Position numbers and translations under genes: made by a program. From Myxococcota bacterium (lineage in GTDB: Bacteria; Myxococcota_A; UBA796; UBA2385): a DNA stretch of 64,000 nucleotides. Location: the NCBI GenBank assembly GCA_044344255.1, contig JBIJDH010000029.1, positions 1 to 64,000 on the forward strand. The letters are read 5' to 3'. Each line of letters starts with the position of its first letter. Positions within the stretch are counted from its first letter, which is position 1. This document shows positions 38,301-48,146 of the stretch, piece by piece. The notes below the pieces were generated by a model. The model was not told the origin of the DNA. It worked only from the letters and a program-made list of their open reading frames with translations, and did no database searches.

Positions 38301-39716
38301 GTGACCCAGCCCCACCGCCCGACCGCCCCGCCGCCGACCGCCCTCATCCCGAGCGCCGCGATCGTGCTGCCGGAGCGGGCCGCCGCGCTCACCCGCCGCG
38401 CCCTCGACTTCGACGACAACACCGCCCCCTGGCAAGAGGGCGCCCCCGAGGTCGAGCCCGGCCCGCCCCTCACCCGAGACATCGACGCCGACGTCGTGAT
38501 CATCGGCGGCGGCTTCACGGGCATGAGCGCCGCCTGGCACCTCTCCCAGCGTCACCCCACGCTGCGGATCGTGCTGCTCGAGGCCCGTCGGGTGGCCAAC
38601 GGGGCGAGCGGCCGTAACGGCGGGCAGATGCTCAACTGGGTCAACGGGGTCGACACCGCCGACGAGGCCCTCACCCAGCGGGTCTTCGCGCTCACGCGCG
38701 GTGGGATCGACGACATCGTCAACCTCATCCGCGACCAGGGCCTCCGCGTCCGCCACGCCCGCGACGGCGCCCTCGAGGTGCAGCGCAGCGCCGAGGGGGC
38801 CGAGCACGCCCACGAGAAGGCCGAGCGCCTCGCCCGCTGGGGCATCCCGCTGCGCTTCATCCAGGGGGCCGAGCTCAGCGCCACCCTCTCCATGACCGGC
38901 GCCCGCGGCGCGCTGCTCGACCCCACCGCCGGGCAGCTCAACGGGGTGGACTACCTCCGCGAGCTCCAACGCCTGCTCGTGGCCCGCGGGGTGCAGATCT
39001 GCGAAGACAGCCCCGTGCTCACGATCGAGGAGGGGGCGACCCACCGGGTGGTCACCGCGGCCGGCGCGGTCCGGGCGCCCACCCTCGTGCTCGGCACCGG
39101 GGGTTACACCCACCGACTGGGCTATTTTCGAATGGGGGTCTTCCCCCTCCACTCCCACGCCCTGGCTACCGCCCCGCTCACCGCCGCCGAGCGAGAGGAG
39201 CTCGGCTGGCGGGCCACCAGCGCCTTCTGCGACGACCTCGACCGCATCTCCTACGGCTGCCTGACCGTCGATGGTCGCGTCGTCTTCGGGGGCGGCAGCA
39301 ATGCCGCCTATGACTACGGCTACGGCGGCCCCACGGCCTGGCGACACGACCGGACGGCTGCCTTCCAGGCCATTCAAGACCGCCTGTTCCACTACTTTCC
39401 GCGCCTCCGCACGGTCGGCGTCACCCACCGCTGGACGGGCACCCTCTCGATCACGCTCAGCCGGATGTGCAGCATCGGCGTGCGCGGCGCCCACCAGAAC
39501 GTCTACTTCGGCCTCGGCTTCAGCGGCCACGGAGTGACGCTCGGAAACCTCGCCGGCCGCATCATCGCCGACCTCTACGATGGCGAGGGCGAGCGGTACG
39601 CCGGCCTCCCCTTCGTCAACAAGGCCCTCGGCGGCATCCCCCCCGACCCCTTCCGCTGGGTGGGCTACCACGCCTACACACGGCTCACCGGCCGCTCGCC
39701 GCGCCGCTCGACCTGA
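38301..39716 (+). CDS. FAD-dependent oxidoreductase, DAO/PuuB family
   Basis: IIGGGFTG, GASGRNGG, GFSGHGV. Confidence 0.9.
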   Translation: MTQPHRPTAPPPTALIPSAAIVLPERAAALTRRALDFDDNTAPWQEGAPEVEPGPPLTRDIDADVVIIGGGFTGMSAAWHLSQRHPTLRIVLLEARRVANGASGRNGGQMLNWVNGVDTADEALTQRVFALTRGGIDDIVNLIRDQGLRVRHARDGALEVQRSAEGAEHAHEKAERLARWGIPLRFIQGAELSATLSMTGARGALLDPTAGQLNGVDYLRELQRLLVARGVQICEDSPVLTIEEGATHRVVTAAGAVRAPTLVLGTGGYTHRLGYFRMGVFPLHSHALATAPLTAAEREELGWRATSAFCDDLDRISYGCLTVDGRVVFGGGSNAAYDYGYGGPTAWRHDRTAAFQAIQDRLFHYFPRLRTVGVTHRWTGTLSITLSRMCSIGVRGAHQNVYFGLGFSGHGVTLGNLAGRIIADLYDGEGERYAGLPFVNKALGGIPPDPFRWVGYHAYTRLTGRSPRRST

Positions 39717-39721
39717 GCCCC

Positions 39722-40036
39722 TCAGCGACGGGCGTCGGTGGGCGGCGGCAGCGCGGCGCTGGCGCGGAGGTAGGCGTCGATGCGCGCCGTGTCTTCGGGG
39801 CCGAGGCGCGCCTTTCGGCCCATCTGCTCGAGCAGCTCCGGCCAGTCTTCGTCGGCGGTCATGGCCGGCTCGGGAGGGCGGTGGCAGCCGGCGCAGCGCT
39901 TGAGCACCAGCGCGCGCCCGGCCGCGAGGGAGTCGAGCGAGGCGTCGGGCCGCTCCCGTTGTGCCAGCGCGACCATGTCGGCGTTCGGCTCGGGGAGGTG
40001 GACCGAGAGGCAGGCGGTGAGGAGCAGCGACAACAT
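39722..40036 (-). CDS. small monoheme cytochrome c lipoprotein
   Basis: Lipobox LTAC; CAGCH; downstream W...M candidate axial ligand. Confidence 0.8.
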   Translation of the reverse strand: MLSLLLTACLSVHLPEPNADMVALAQRERPDASLDSLAAGRALVLKRCAGCHRPPEPAMTADEDWPELLEQMGRKARLGPEDTARIDAYLRASAALPPPTDARR

Positions 40037-40049
40037 GGTCGGACCCCTA

Positions 40050-40772
40050 TCAGAGATCGATCCCGAAGAGCGAGCGGGCCTGGACCTCCGCGTCGTCTCG
40101 CGAGGGGCCGGAGAGCGCGAAGAGGGTGGAGACGGTCCAGCTCAAGCGCCCGCCCCCGCCGGCGAGGTGCACCGTGGGCCCCGCCCAGAAGAAGGGCCCC
40201 TCGAGCGGATCGACAAAGACCACCTCGGCCTTGGCCTCGCCGCCGAAGGCGAAGGACGGGGTCGCCCGCCAGACCGCGCCGGCGGTCGGCTCGAGCACGG
40301 GCTCCGTGCCGTCGGGGGAGAGCTCGAGCTCGCCGGTGACGTTGAGGGCCGCGCGGACGGACTTTCCTTCGTGGGCGACGATCAGCTTCGCCTCGACGCC
40401 GTGCTCCTCGAAGGTCGGGCTGCCGATGTACTCGAGGTAGCCGGCCATGTCGACGCCCTTGGTGCCGAGCGGCCAGAAGCGGTAGCGGGCGCGCGCCTTG
40501 TAGCCCGAGTAGCTGAGCGGCCCGTCGTTGACCTGGGTGGTGACGAAGTAGACGCCGCCCTCGAGGGCGTTGGTGATGCCGAACTCGAGCTCGGCCTCGT
40601 GCTTCCACTCCGCGACCAGGGCGTCGCCCTCGTGGTGCGTCTTCAAGGTGCTGATGGGCTCGAGCTCCATCTCGCCCTGGGGGACGGTGTCCGCCCCGTA
40701 GGACCAGGCGAGGAAGCGCTCTCCGGCGGAGGCCGTGGGGAGCACGAGGGCGAGCAGCGGGAGGATCGACAT
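40050..40772 (-). CDS. outer-membrane beta-barrel-like protein (DUF6662-like)
   Basis: Signal peptide ending ASA; alternating beta-strand pattern (ELEFGIT, ARYRF, GPTVHL); C-terminal FGIDL. Confidence 0.7.
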   Translation of the reverse strand: MSILPLLALVLPTASAGERFLAWSYGADTVPQGEMELEPISTLKTHHEGDALVAEWKHEAELEFGITNALEGGVYFVTTQVNDGPLSYSGYKARARYRFWPLGTKGVDMAGYLEYIGSPTFEEHGVEAKLIVAHEGKSVRAALNVTGELELSPDGTEPVLEPTAGAVWRATPSFAFGGEAKAEVVFVDPLEGPFFWAGPTVHLAGGGGRLSWTVSTLFALSGPSRDDAEVQARSLFGIDL

Positions 40773-40805
40773 GGGGGCTCCGGGGGCGAGGGCCAAGCAC
40801 CCAAT

Positions 40806-40824
40806 CTTGATAATGATTTTCAAG
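40806..40824. promoter_or_regulatory. Fur box
   Basis: CTTGATAAT-G-ATTTTCAAG: 9-1-9 inverted repeat with one mismatch, containing GATAATGAT; ~34 bp upstream of ATG 40772. Confidence 0.8.
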
Positions 40825-40866
40825 TTCAACGTCAAGCGAGACCGACGCCCCAGCCCTCCGGGAGGC

Positions 40867-40896
40867 CCGGTAAGGACCGGTAAGGGCCGGTAAGGG
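40867..40896. repeat. 10-bp direct repeat x3 (ccggtaaggR)
   Basis: ccggtaagga ccggtaaggg ccggtaaggg in the divergent intergenic region. Confidence 0.85.
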
Positions 40897-40966
40897 GCCG
40901 AACGCGCGGCCCCCGATATGCCCTCTTCGCCTCCCGTTGGGGGCCTCTGGACCACAGGACACCACC

Positions 40967-41359
40967 ATGATCACGCCTTCCCGCTCTCCCGCTCTCCACT
41001 CCCCGTCCCGCTCCCGCCGCCTCATCGCAGGCGCCATGTTTTCCCTCGTCGCGATGGCCAGCGGCTGCGCCAAGGAGGCCGAGGAGTGCCTGGGCGCTGA
41101 GGCCGACGGTGGTGAAGGCGGGTACGAGTCCGTCGGGGTCGACGAGGCCGACGTCGAGGCCGCCGCGGAGTTCGCCGTCGAGGAGATCACCGGGACACCG
41201 GGGTCCGAATACGAGGTGCTCTGTGCGCAGGAGCAGGTCGTCTCAGGCACCAACTACCGCCTCGGCCTCGACATCGACGGCGCGAGCTGGCTCGTCGTGG
41301 TCTACGAGGACGGCGAGACGGGCACCTACGAGCTCACGTCGTCCGAAGAGGTCGAGTAG
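40967..41359 (+). CDS. cystatin-like lipoprotein
   Basis: Lipobox ASGC; GG...AAEFAV helix; QVVSGTNY matches the cystatin QxVxG motif. Confidence 0.75.
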   Translation: MITPSRSPALHSPSRSRRLIAGAMFSLVAMASGCAKEAEECLGAEADGGEGGYESVGVDEADVEAAAEFAVEEITGTPGSEYEVLCAQEQVVSGTNYRLGLDIDGASWLVVVYEDGETGTYELTSSEEVE

Positions 41360-41448
41360 CCCGGCCGCCTCCGCCAGCGCACCGAGAGGATGCCCACCCT
41401 CGGCGGAGGCAGCAGAGTTAGGCTCGGGAGACGCGGCGAGGCCTCCCC

Positions 41449-44400
41449 ATGCACATCATCCCCGGCGACCCCTCCACCCGCGCCCCCCTCCGGGCCCTCG
41501 GGCCACCTGCCCTCCGCGCCGGGGTGGCCCTGCTCGCCCTCCTCACGGCCTGCTCGGACGACCCCGCAGGTAAGGGCGGGGGCGCGCCGCCCGCGGAGGG
41601 CGAGGGGGAGCCCGAGGATGACACCGCCCCCGACGGGGGAGACACCGGCGACACCATCGACGAGCTGCCCGCTCCCGGGGAGCCCTGGCTCCGCGACGAG
41701 CGGGCGGCGCCAGGCTCGATCACCTGGAGCGAGCTCCTCTACAACCAGCCGGGTGACGGAGATCTCGAGTGGTTCGAGCTCCACAACCCGATGGCCATGG
41801 ACGTCGACCTCTCGGGCTGGTCGGTCTCGGGCGGGGTGAGCTACGCCTTTGAGGAGGGGGTCACCCTCCCCGCCGGCGGCTACCTCGTGGTGACGGCCGA
41901 TCCCGCGCACCTCAGCGCCGAGACGGGCTACTCGAGCGCGCTCGGGCCCTACAGCGGCCGCCTCTCCAATGACGGGGAGCGGCTCGAGCTCTGGAACAAC
42001 AGCGGGCGCCTCATCGACACGGTCGCCTACGGCGAGGATGACCCCTGGCCCGTCGCCCCCGACGGCTCCGGCCTCTCCCTGGCCAAGGCCGACCCCGACG
42101 CCGCGAGCGACCACGCCGAGAACTGGACCGCGAGCGCCGAGCTCGGCGGGACGCCCGGCCAGGCGAACGGCCTCGACCCCCACGCCGCTCCCACCACGCT
42201 GTCCCTCATTGACCTCGAGGCCGAGTGGGCCTATGACCTCTCGGGCGCCTATCCCTCCCCCGACTGGGCCCAGGCTGACTACGACGACAGCGCCTGGGAT
42301 CGCGCCCCCGCCGTCTTCTTCGCGGGCGCCTCCGATGAGGCCCTCCTCGGGACCCTCGCGGCGACGGCCGACAATTATTTCGCGGTCTATCTCGGCGCCG
42401 CCGACGGGACAGACCTGCGGCTCGTCGGTGAAGACCAGGACGGAGACTGGACCACCGTGGAGCGCTTCGACGTCGAGGTCGGCCCCGAAGACCACCTCTT
42501 CCTCGCCGCCTGGGAGGCCTCCTGGGACTACGGCGGCCCGCAGATGACCCTCGCCGAGGTGACGCTGCCCGACGACGTGATCGGCACCGACCAGGCCGGC
42601 TTCGAGTGGATCCTCGGGCCCACCGGCGGAGCCCCTGGCATCCCCCCGGCTGACCCGCCGCCGACCGAGGCCGAGCTCGCCCTCCTCATCGCCGACGCCG
42701 ACGCCGCCGGCGACTGGGCCGCCCCCGCCGTTGAGGCGGACCGCGCCTCCTCCCCCTGGGGCTGGGCCGTCAGCCGTTGGTTCACCGACGCCACGAAGTA
42801 CGTCTGGCCCGACACCTTCTCCGACACCTCGATCACCAACACGCGCGACACCTACGCCCTCTTCCGCTCGGTCGAGCCCCTTCAGGGCGCGCGCGGCAGC
42901 ACGGAGCTCAGCGCCGTCCCCACCACGGCCACCTTCCGCACCGCCTTCACCCTCGACGCCGACCCCGCCGCCACCACCCTCTCCCTCTCCTGCCTGCTCG
43001 ACGACGGCGCTATCGTCTATCTCAACGGGGTGGAGGTCCACCGGGAGAACCTGCCCGCGGGCCCCCTCACCGCCACCACCCTGGCCGGCACCCCCATCGA
43101 GGTGGTCTCCACCGTCGCGGCGGAGCTCTCGACCGCGTCGCTCCTCCGCGGCGCCAACGTGCTCGCCGTCGAGCTGCACCAGGCCGAGCCCGCCGACCTT
43201 GACCTGACCTTCGGCTGCGCCTTGAGCGCCCGCGTCACCGCGGAGACCCCGCTGCCGCCGGTCCTGTTCAACGAGGTGTCGCCCGCCGCCGCTTCACCGA
43301 CCGCCGAGGCGCCCGCCTGGGTCGAGCTCATCGGCCGCAGCGAGACGCCGGTCGCGCTGGGCGGCCTGATCCTCACCGCCTCGACCGGGGCGGAGCGGGT
43401 CCTCTCCGACGGCGAGCTCGCTTTGGGGGAGCTCCACACAGAGGGTGACCTCGGCTTCCCGGTCGAGGCGGGCGACGTGCTCTTCCTCTACTCGGCCGAC
43501 CGCAGCGCCCTCCTCGACGCCGTGCGGGTGGGGGCGAGCCTCCGCGGCCGCGAGCCGGAGGGCGGGCCCTGGCGCTTCCCCGTGGCCGCCACCCCGGGGG
43601 CCGACAATGAGCTCGAGCGCTTCGATGACATCGTGATCAACGAGCTCCAGTACCACGCGGCCCCGGTCTCCCGAGAGGGTGAGCCGGTCACCGCGCGGCC
43701 CGAGGAGTGGATCGAGCTCACGAACCGCGGCGCCGCCGAGGTCGATCTCAGCGGCTGGCAGCTCGTCGACGCCGTCGCGTACACCTTTCCGGACGGCACG
43801 ACCCTGTCCCCCGGCGAGCTGCTCGTCATCGCGAAGGACGCCGCGGCCCTGCGCTCGGCGCACCCCGACATCACCGTGCTCGGCGACTTCAAAGGCCAGC
43901 TCAACAACAGCGGTGACCGCGTGCTCCTCCTCGACGCCCGCGGCAACCCTGCCGACACGGTGCGGTATTACGATGGCGGGCGCTGGCCCGACGCGGCGGA
44001 CGGCGGCGGCTCCACCCTCGAGCTCAAAGACCCCCGCGCCGACAACGCCGCGCCCGAGGCCTGGGCGGCGAGCGCGGAGGGCGGCCGCGCCGAGTGGGTC
44101 ACCGTCTCCTATCGCGGAGAGGCCACGCCGAGCGTGGTCGGGCCGGACGGGGTCTGGCAGGAGCTCGTCCTCGGCCTGCTCGACCAGGGTGAGGTGCTGA
44201 TCGACGATCTCCGCGTCATCCAAGACCCCGACACCGCCCCGGTCGACCTCATCCAGAACGGCGGCTTCGACGACGGCTCCGACGGCGGAGCGGCCCACTG
44301 GCGCCTGCTCGGGAACCACCGCCACAGCGAGGTCATCGCCGACCCCGACGACGCCTCGAACGCCGTGCTGCGGCTCCGCGCCTCGGGCCCCACCGGCCAC

Positions 44401-46323
44401 ATGCACAACCACGCCGAGACCACGCTGCTCCGGCCGATCACCACCACCGAGTACGAGATCTCCTATCGGGCCCGCTGGGTGTCGGGCTCGAACCAGGTCC
44501 ACAGCCGCCTCTATTTCAATCGCCTCCCCCACACCGCCCTCGTGGAGCAGCCAGAGGCCTCGGGCTCCCCCGGGGCCGCCAATTCCACGCGAATCGACAA
44601 CCTCGGCCCCACCTTCTCGGGCGCCGGCCAAGACATCGCCGTCCCCGCCGCCTTCGAGCCGGTGCGGATCACCGCCACCGCCGCCGATCCCGACGGCGTC
44701 ACCGGCCTCACCCTCTGGAGCGCGGTCGATGGCGCCGCCTTCGAGCCGACCGACATGGTCGAGTCCGCGCCCGGGGAGTGGGTCGCCGCGCTCGACGGAC
44801 AGGCCGCCGGGGCGATCACCCAGTTCTACATCGAGGCCGAGGACAGCCTCGGCGCCCTCTCCACCTTCCCGGCGGCCGGCCCCGACTCCCGGGCCCTGCT
44901 CCAGGCCGACGACGGGCTGGCCGAGTCGAACGGCCTCCACAATTTCCGCATCCTGATGACCGAGGCCGACTCCGACTGGCTGCTCGACGACGTCAACCTC
45001 ATGAGCGACGACCTCATCGGCGCCACGATCGTCTACGACGAAGCCGAGGTCTTCTATGACGTGGGCGTCCGCGCCAAGGGCAGCGAGCGCGGCCGGCCCG
45101 AGGTGCCGCGGCTCGGCTACGGCGTCTCCTTCCACAAAGAGCAGCCCTTCCGCGGCAGCCACACGAGCGTGCTCGTCGATCGGTCCGAGGGGGTGGGCTT
45201 CGGCCAGCGCGAGGTGCTGATGAACCTCGTGATGACCCACGCGGGCTCGGTCTCCGGCGAGTACAACGACCTCATCCACGCGCTGACGCCGCGCGCCGAG
45301 CACACCGGCCCGGCCGAGCTCCAGCTCGACCGATTCAGCGACCTCGTGCTCGACGCCCAGTTCGAGGCCGGCTCGAGCGGCACCCTCTTCGAGTACGAGC
45401 TCATCTACTACCCCTACACCACCGACGACGGCAGCGCCGAGGGCCTGAAGCTGCCCCAGCCCGACGCCGTGGTCGGCACCGCCATCACCGACCTCGGCGA
45501 CGACAAGGAAGACTGGCGCTGGAATTTCCTCATCCAGAACAACGAGCGAGAGGACGACTACGCCCGCTTCATCGACCTCGGACAGACCTTCGCCCTCTCC
45601 GACGCCGACCTCCTGGCCGAGGTCGAGGCGGTGATCGACGTCGACCAGTGGCTGCGCGCCTACGCCTTCGCCACGCTCTCCGGCGCCGTCGACAACTACG
45701 GCGGCGACGGCAGCCAGCACAACGCGCGCTTCTATGTCCGCCCCGAAGACCAGCGCCTGCTCTACTTCCCTCACGACCTCGACTTCTATGGCGGCTACAC
45801 GATGCCCGTGGTGGGCAACGGAGACCTCCGCCGCCTCCTCGAGGCGCCGGTCTATCGCCGGGCCTATTACGGTCACCTCAACGACATCATCGGCCGGGCT
45901 TACAACCGCGAGTACCTGGCCCCCTGGTGTGAGCAGCTCGGCGCCCTGCTGCCGAGCCAGGACGTCTCCGGGAATTGCGACTTCATCGCCAACCGCGCCG
46001 ACTGGATCCTCTATGGCGCGACCGACTCGGTGAGCGCGGTCTATCCGGCGGTCTCCTTCGCCATCACCACCGCCGGCGGCGCCGACCACTCGGTCGCGTC
46101 CACCGAGGTCGTGCTCGAGGGGCAGGGCTGGATCGACGTGCGATCGATCGCCCTCGACAGCGACGGCCTGCCGCTCGAGCTCACCTGGGCTGACGGCACC
46201 CACTGGGCCATGACCGTGCCGCTCGAACCCGGGGCGAACGCGCTCACGCTGGTGGCGACGGACCACCAGGGCGCGATCGTCGGCACCGACACCATCGTCG
46301 TGACCTCCACCGCGGGTGAGTGA
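41449..46323 (+). CDS. large lipoprotein with lamin-tail domains and a CotH-kinase-like domain
   Basis: Lipobox LTAC; three (S/N)E...W(F/V/I)EL LTD repeats; C-terminal GVRAKG, DNY, HN..FY, FPHDLD CotH-like motifs. Confidence 0.8.
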   Translation: MHIIPGDPSTRAPLRALGPPALRAGVALLALLTACSDDPAGKGGGAPPAEGEGEPEDDTAPDGGDTGDTIDELPAPGEPWLRDERAAPGSITWSELLYNQPGDGDLEWFELHNPMAMDVDLSGWSVSGGVSYAFEEGVTLPAGGYLVVTADPAHLSAETGYSSALGPYSGRLSNDGERLELWNNSGRLIDTVAYGEDDPWPVAPDGSGLSLAKADPDAASDHAENWTASAELGGTPGQANGLDPHAAPTTLSLIDLEAEWAYDLSGAYPSPDWAQADYDDSAWDRAPAVFFAGASDEALLGTLAATADNYFAVYLGAADGTDLRLVGEDQDGDWTTVERFDVEVGPEDHLFLAAWEASWDYGGPQMTLAEVTLPDDVIGTDQAGFEWILGPTGGAPGIPPADPPPTEAELALLIADADAAGDWAAPAVEADRASSPWGWAVSRWFTDATKYVWPDTFSDTSITNTRDTYALFRSVEPLQGARGSTELSAVPTTATFRTAFTLDADPAATTLSLSCLLDDGAIVYLNGVEVHRENLPAGPLTATTLAGTPIEVVSTVAAELSTASLLRGANVLAVELHQAEPADLDLTFGCALSARVTAETPLPPVLFNEVSPAAASPTAEAPAWVELIGRSETPVALGGLILTASTGAERVLSDGELALGELHTEGDLGFPVEAGDVLFLYSADRSALLDAVRVGASLRGREPEGGPWRFPVAATPGADNELERFDDIVINELQYHAAPVSREGEPVTARPEEWIELTNRGAAEVDLSGWQLVDAVAYTFPDGTTLSPGELLVIAKDAAALRSAHPDITVLGDFKGQLNNSGDRVLLLDARGNPADTVRYYDGGRWPDAADGGGSTLELKDPRADNAAPEAWAASAEGGRAEWVTVSYRGEATPSVVGPDGVWQELVLGLLDQGEVLIDDLRVIQDPDTAPVDLIQNGGFDDGSDGGAAHWRLLGNHRHSEVIADPDDASNAVLRLRASGPTGHMHNHAETTLLRPITTTEYEISYRARWVSGSNQVHSRLYFNRLPHTALVEQPEASGSPGAANSTRIDNLGPTFSGAGQDIAVPAAFEPVRITATAADPDGVTGLTLWSAVDGAAFEPTDMVESAPGEWVAALDGQAAGAITQFYIEAEDSLGALSTFPAAGPDSRALLQADDGLAESNGLHNFRILMTEADSDWLLDDVNLMSDDLIGATIVYDEAEVFYDVGVRAKGSERGRPEVPRLGYGVSFHKEQPFRGSHTSVLVDRSEGVGFGQREVLMNLVMTHAGSVSGEYNDLIHALTPRAEHTGPAELQLDRFSDLVLDAQFEAGSSGTLFEYELIYYPYTTDDGSAEGLKLPQPDAVVGTAITDLGDDKEDWRWNFLIQNNEREDDYARFIDLGQTFALSDADLLAEVEAVIDVDQWLRAYAFATLSGAVDNYGGDGSQHNARFYVRPEDQRLLYFPHDLDFYGGYTMPVVGNGDLRRLLEAPVYRRAYYGHLNDIIGRAYNREYLAPWCEQLGALLPSQDVSGNCDFIANRADWILYGATDSVSAVYPAVSFAITTAGGADHSVASTEVVLEGQGWIDVRSIALDSDGLPLELTWADGTHWAMTVPLEPGANALTLVATDHQGAIVGTDTIVVTSTAGE

Positions 46324-46393
46324 GCGCCCCTGTCACCACCTCCATCGTCTACGACGCGCCGCTGAGCTGGCGGCGCCGAGAGGCCACCTCCTG

Positions 46394-47566
46394 ATGTCCG
46401 CATCCGCTGCGCCCGCCGCCACCCTCCTCCGCTCCGCCCGCCTCGCCCCGCTCCTCCGGGCCCGCCCGAGCCTCGCCGCCCGCCTCGAAGGCTCCGACGA
46501 GGAGGCCGAGGCCGCCCTGCTCGACGCCGCCGCGGCCGGCGACTGCGCCCTGCTGCCGCTCGTGACCTGGCTCCAGGTCCGCCGCGCTTGGGCCGCGCCG
46601 CCGCCCGCCGCGCCGGAGGCCGCGAGGTCGCAGGAGGCCCCGACCCCGCCCGAGGGCCAAGACCCCTACCGCGCCGGGATCCGCGCCGCGCACGCGCAGA
46701 TCGTCACATCCGTGCAGGAGACCTGCCCCGAGGTGGGAGCGGGCTTCGCCGCCTGGACGACGAGCCTCACCCGCGGCGCGCCGCCCGAGGACTACTTCAC
46801 CCACCCCGACGCCTTCCCAACCCTCTGGCTGCCCTATGTGCTCGAGCGGGCCCTCGACGGAGAGAAGCTGGCCGCCGGCCTCTTACGCTCCTCGGTGGCC
46901 GGCTACTACGCGATCCGCATCATGGACAACCTGATGGACGGCGACGCCACGGTCGAGGCGGCCCTCCTCGCCGCGCTCGCCCCCCTCTCCGCCCTGTTTG
47001 TCCAACCGCTCCGAGAGCAGCTCGGCGATGACCTCGAGTTCCAGGCCCTCTTCGACGAGATCTGGACCCGAAGCGCCGAGGCCACCATCCTCGACGGCGA
47101 GCTCGACGACGTAGACGAGGCCACCTTCGTGGGTGTCTCGGCGCGGAAGGTCGAGGCCGCACTCATCCCGGTGGTCGCCGTCTGTCGCGCCTATGGGCAG
47201 CCCCAGCGGGTCCCGCGCTGGTCCCAATTCCTCGCCCGTTACGGCGCCTGGCACCAGCTCGCCAACGACACACGCGATTGGCAGCGGGACCACCAGAAGG
47301 GCCGCCTGACCTGGCTCCTCGCCGAGGGCCGCCGCCGCCGCGCCGCCGGAGAGGGGGTGGAGCTGTGGATCGTCCGCGAGGGGCACGACTGGGCGACGGC
47401 GCAGCTCGATCGCATCATGGCGGAGTGTCGGAGCCTCGCCGCTGACCTCGACTGTCCCCCTGTGATCGACTTCCTCGACGCCCGCTCCGCCACGGAGCAG
47501 GAGCGCCGCGACCAGGCCGAGCCGGGCCTCGCGCTGGCGCGGAGCCTGCTCCGCCTGATCCGTTGA
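46394..47566 (+). CDS. class I isoprenoid-synthase-fold protein
   Basis: IRIMDNLMD (DDxxD-like) and HQLANDTRDWQRD second metal-binding motif. Confidence 0.6.
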   Translation: MSASAAPAATLLRSARLAPLLRARPSLAARLEGSDEEAEAALLDAAAAGDCALLPLVTWLQVRRAWAAPPPAAPEAARSQEAPTPPEGQDPYRAGIRAAHAQIVTSVQETCPEVGAGFAAWTTSLTRGAPPEDYFTHPDAFPTLWLPYVLERALDGEKLAAGLLRSSVAGYYAIRIMDNLMDGDATVEAALLAALAPLSALFVQPLREQLGDDLEFQALFDEIWTRSAEATILDGELDDVDEATFVGVSARKVEAALIPVVAVCRAYGQPQRVPRWSQFLARYGAWHQLANDTRDWQRDHQKGRLTWLLAEGRRRRAAGEGVELWIVREGHDWATAQLDRIMAECRSLAADLDCPPVIDFLDARSATEQERRDQAEPGLALARSLLRLIR

Positions 47567-47662
47567 GGGAGATCCGCGCCCTGGTCGGACAGGCCCCGTG
47601 ATAGGGTTCCCTCTCAAGGAGGCCCTCACCTGCGCCCGATCTCGCCCGCGCCGTCCACGCTC

Positions 47663-48082
47663 GTGCTCCTGCTGCTCGCGGCCTGCTCGGCTGCTGGCAC
47701 CGGAGATCCGCGGGCGGCCGGCGAGGATGGCCCGGGCGGCTCGGAGGAGACGGGAGGGCCCGACGAGACCGGCGGGTCCCACGAGACCGGCACCCCGACC
47801 GACCCCTTCTGTGACGGTCAGCCCCAGGTCACCTGGGCCAACTTCGGCCACGGCTTCCTCCTCGGCGCCTGCCAGGGCTGTCACGCGGCCTCCGCCCCCG
47901 ATCGCCACGACGCGCCCGAGAGCGTCACCTTCGACACCGTAGACGAGGCCTGGGCCTGGGACGCGCGGATCCTCTCGCGCTCCACCGGGGAGGCGCCCAC
48001 CATGCCGCCGCTCGGCGGGGTCTCCGACGACGACCGGCTCCTCCTCGAGATCTGGCTGCGCTGCGCGACCCCCGGCACCTGA
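47663..48082 (+). CDS. monoheme cytochrome c lipoprotein
   Basis: Lipobox LAAC; CQGCH; TMPP (Met ligand). Confidence 0.8.
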   Translation: MLLLLAACSAAGTGDPRAAGEDGPGGSEETGGPDETGGSHETGTPTDPFCDGQPQVTWANFGHGFLLGACQGCHAASAPDRHDAPESVTFDTVDEAWAWDARILSRSTGEAPTMPPLGGVSDDDRLLLEIWLRCATPGT

Positions 48083-48146
48083 GCCCTGCGCCCGCCGCGC
48101 CTCGCTGGTCCAGGCTGTGGTACCCTCCCTCCAACCGGAGCGTCCT

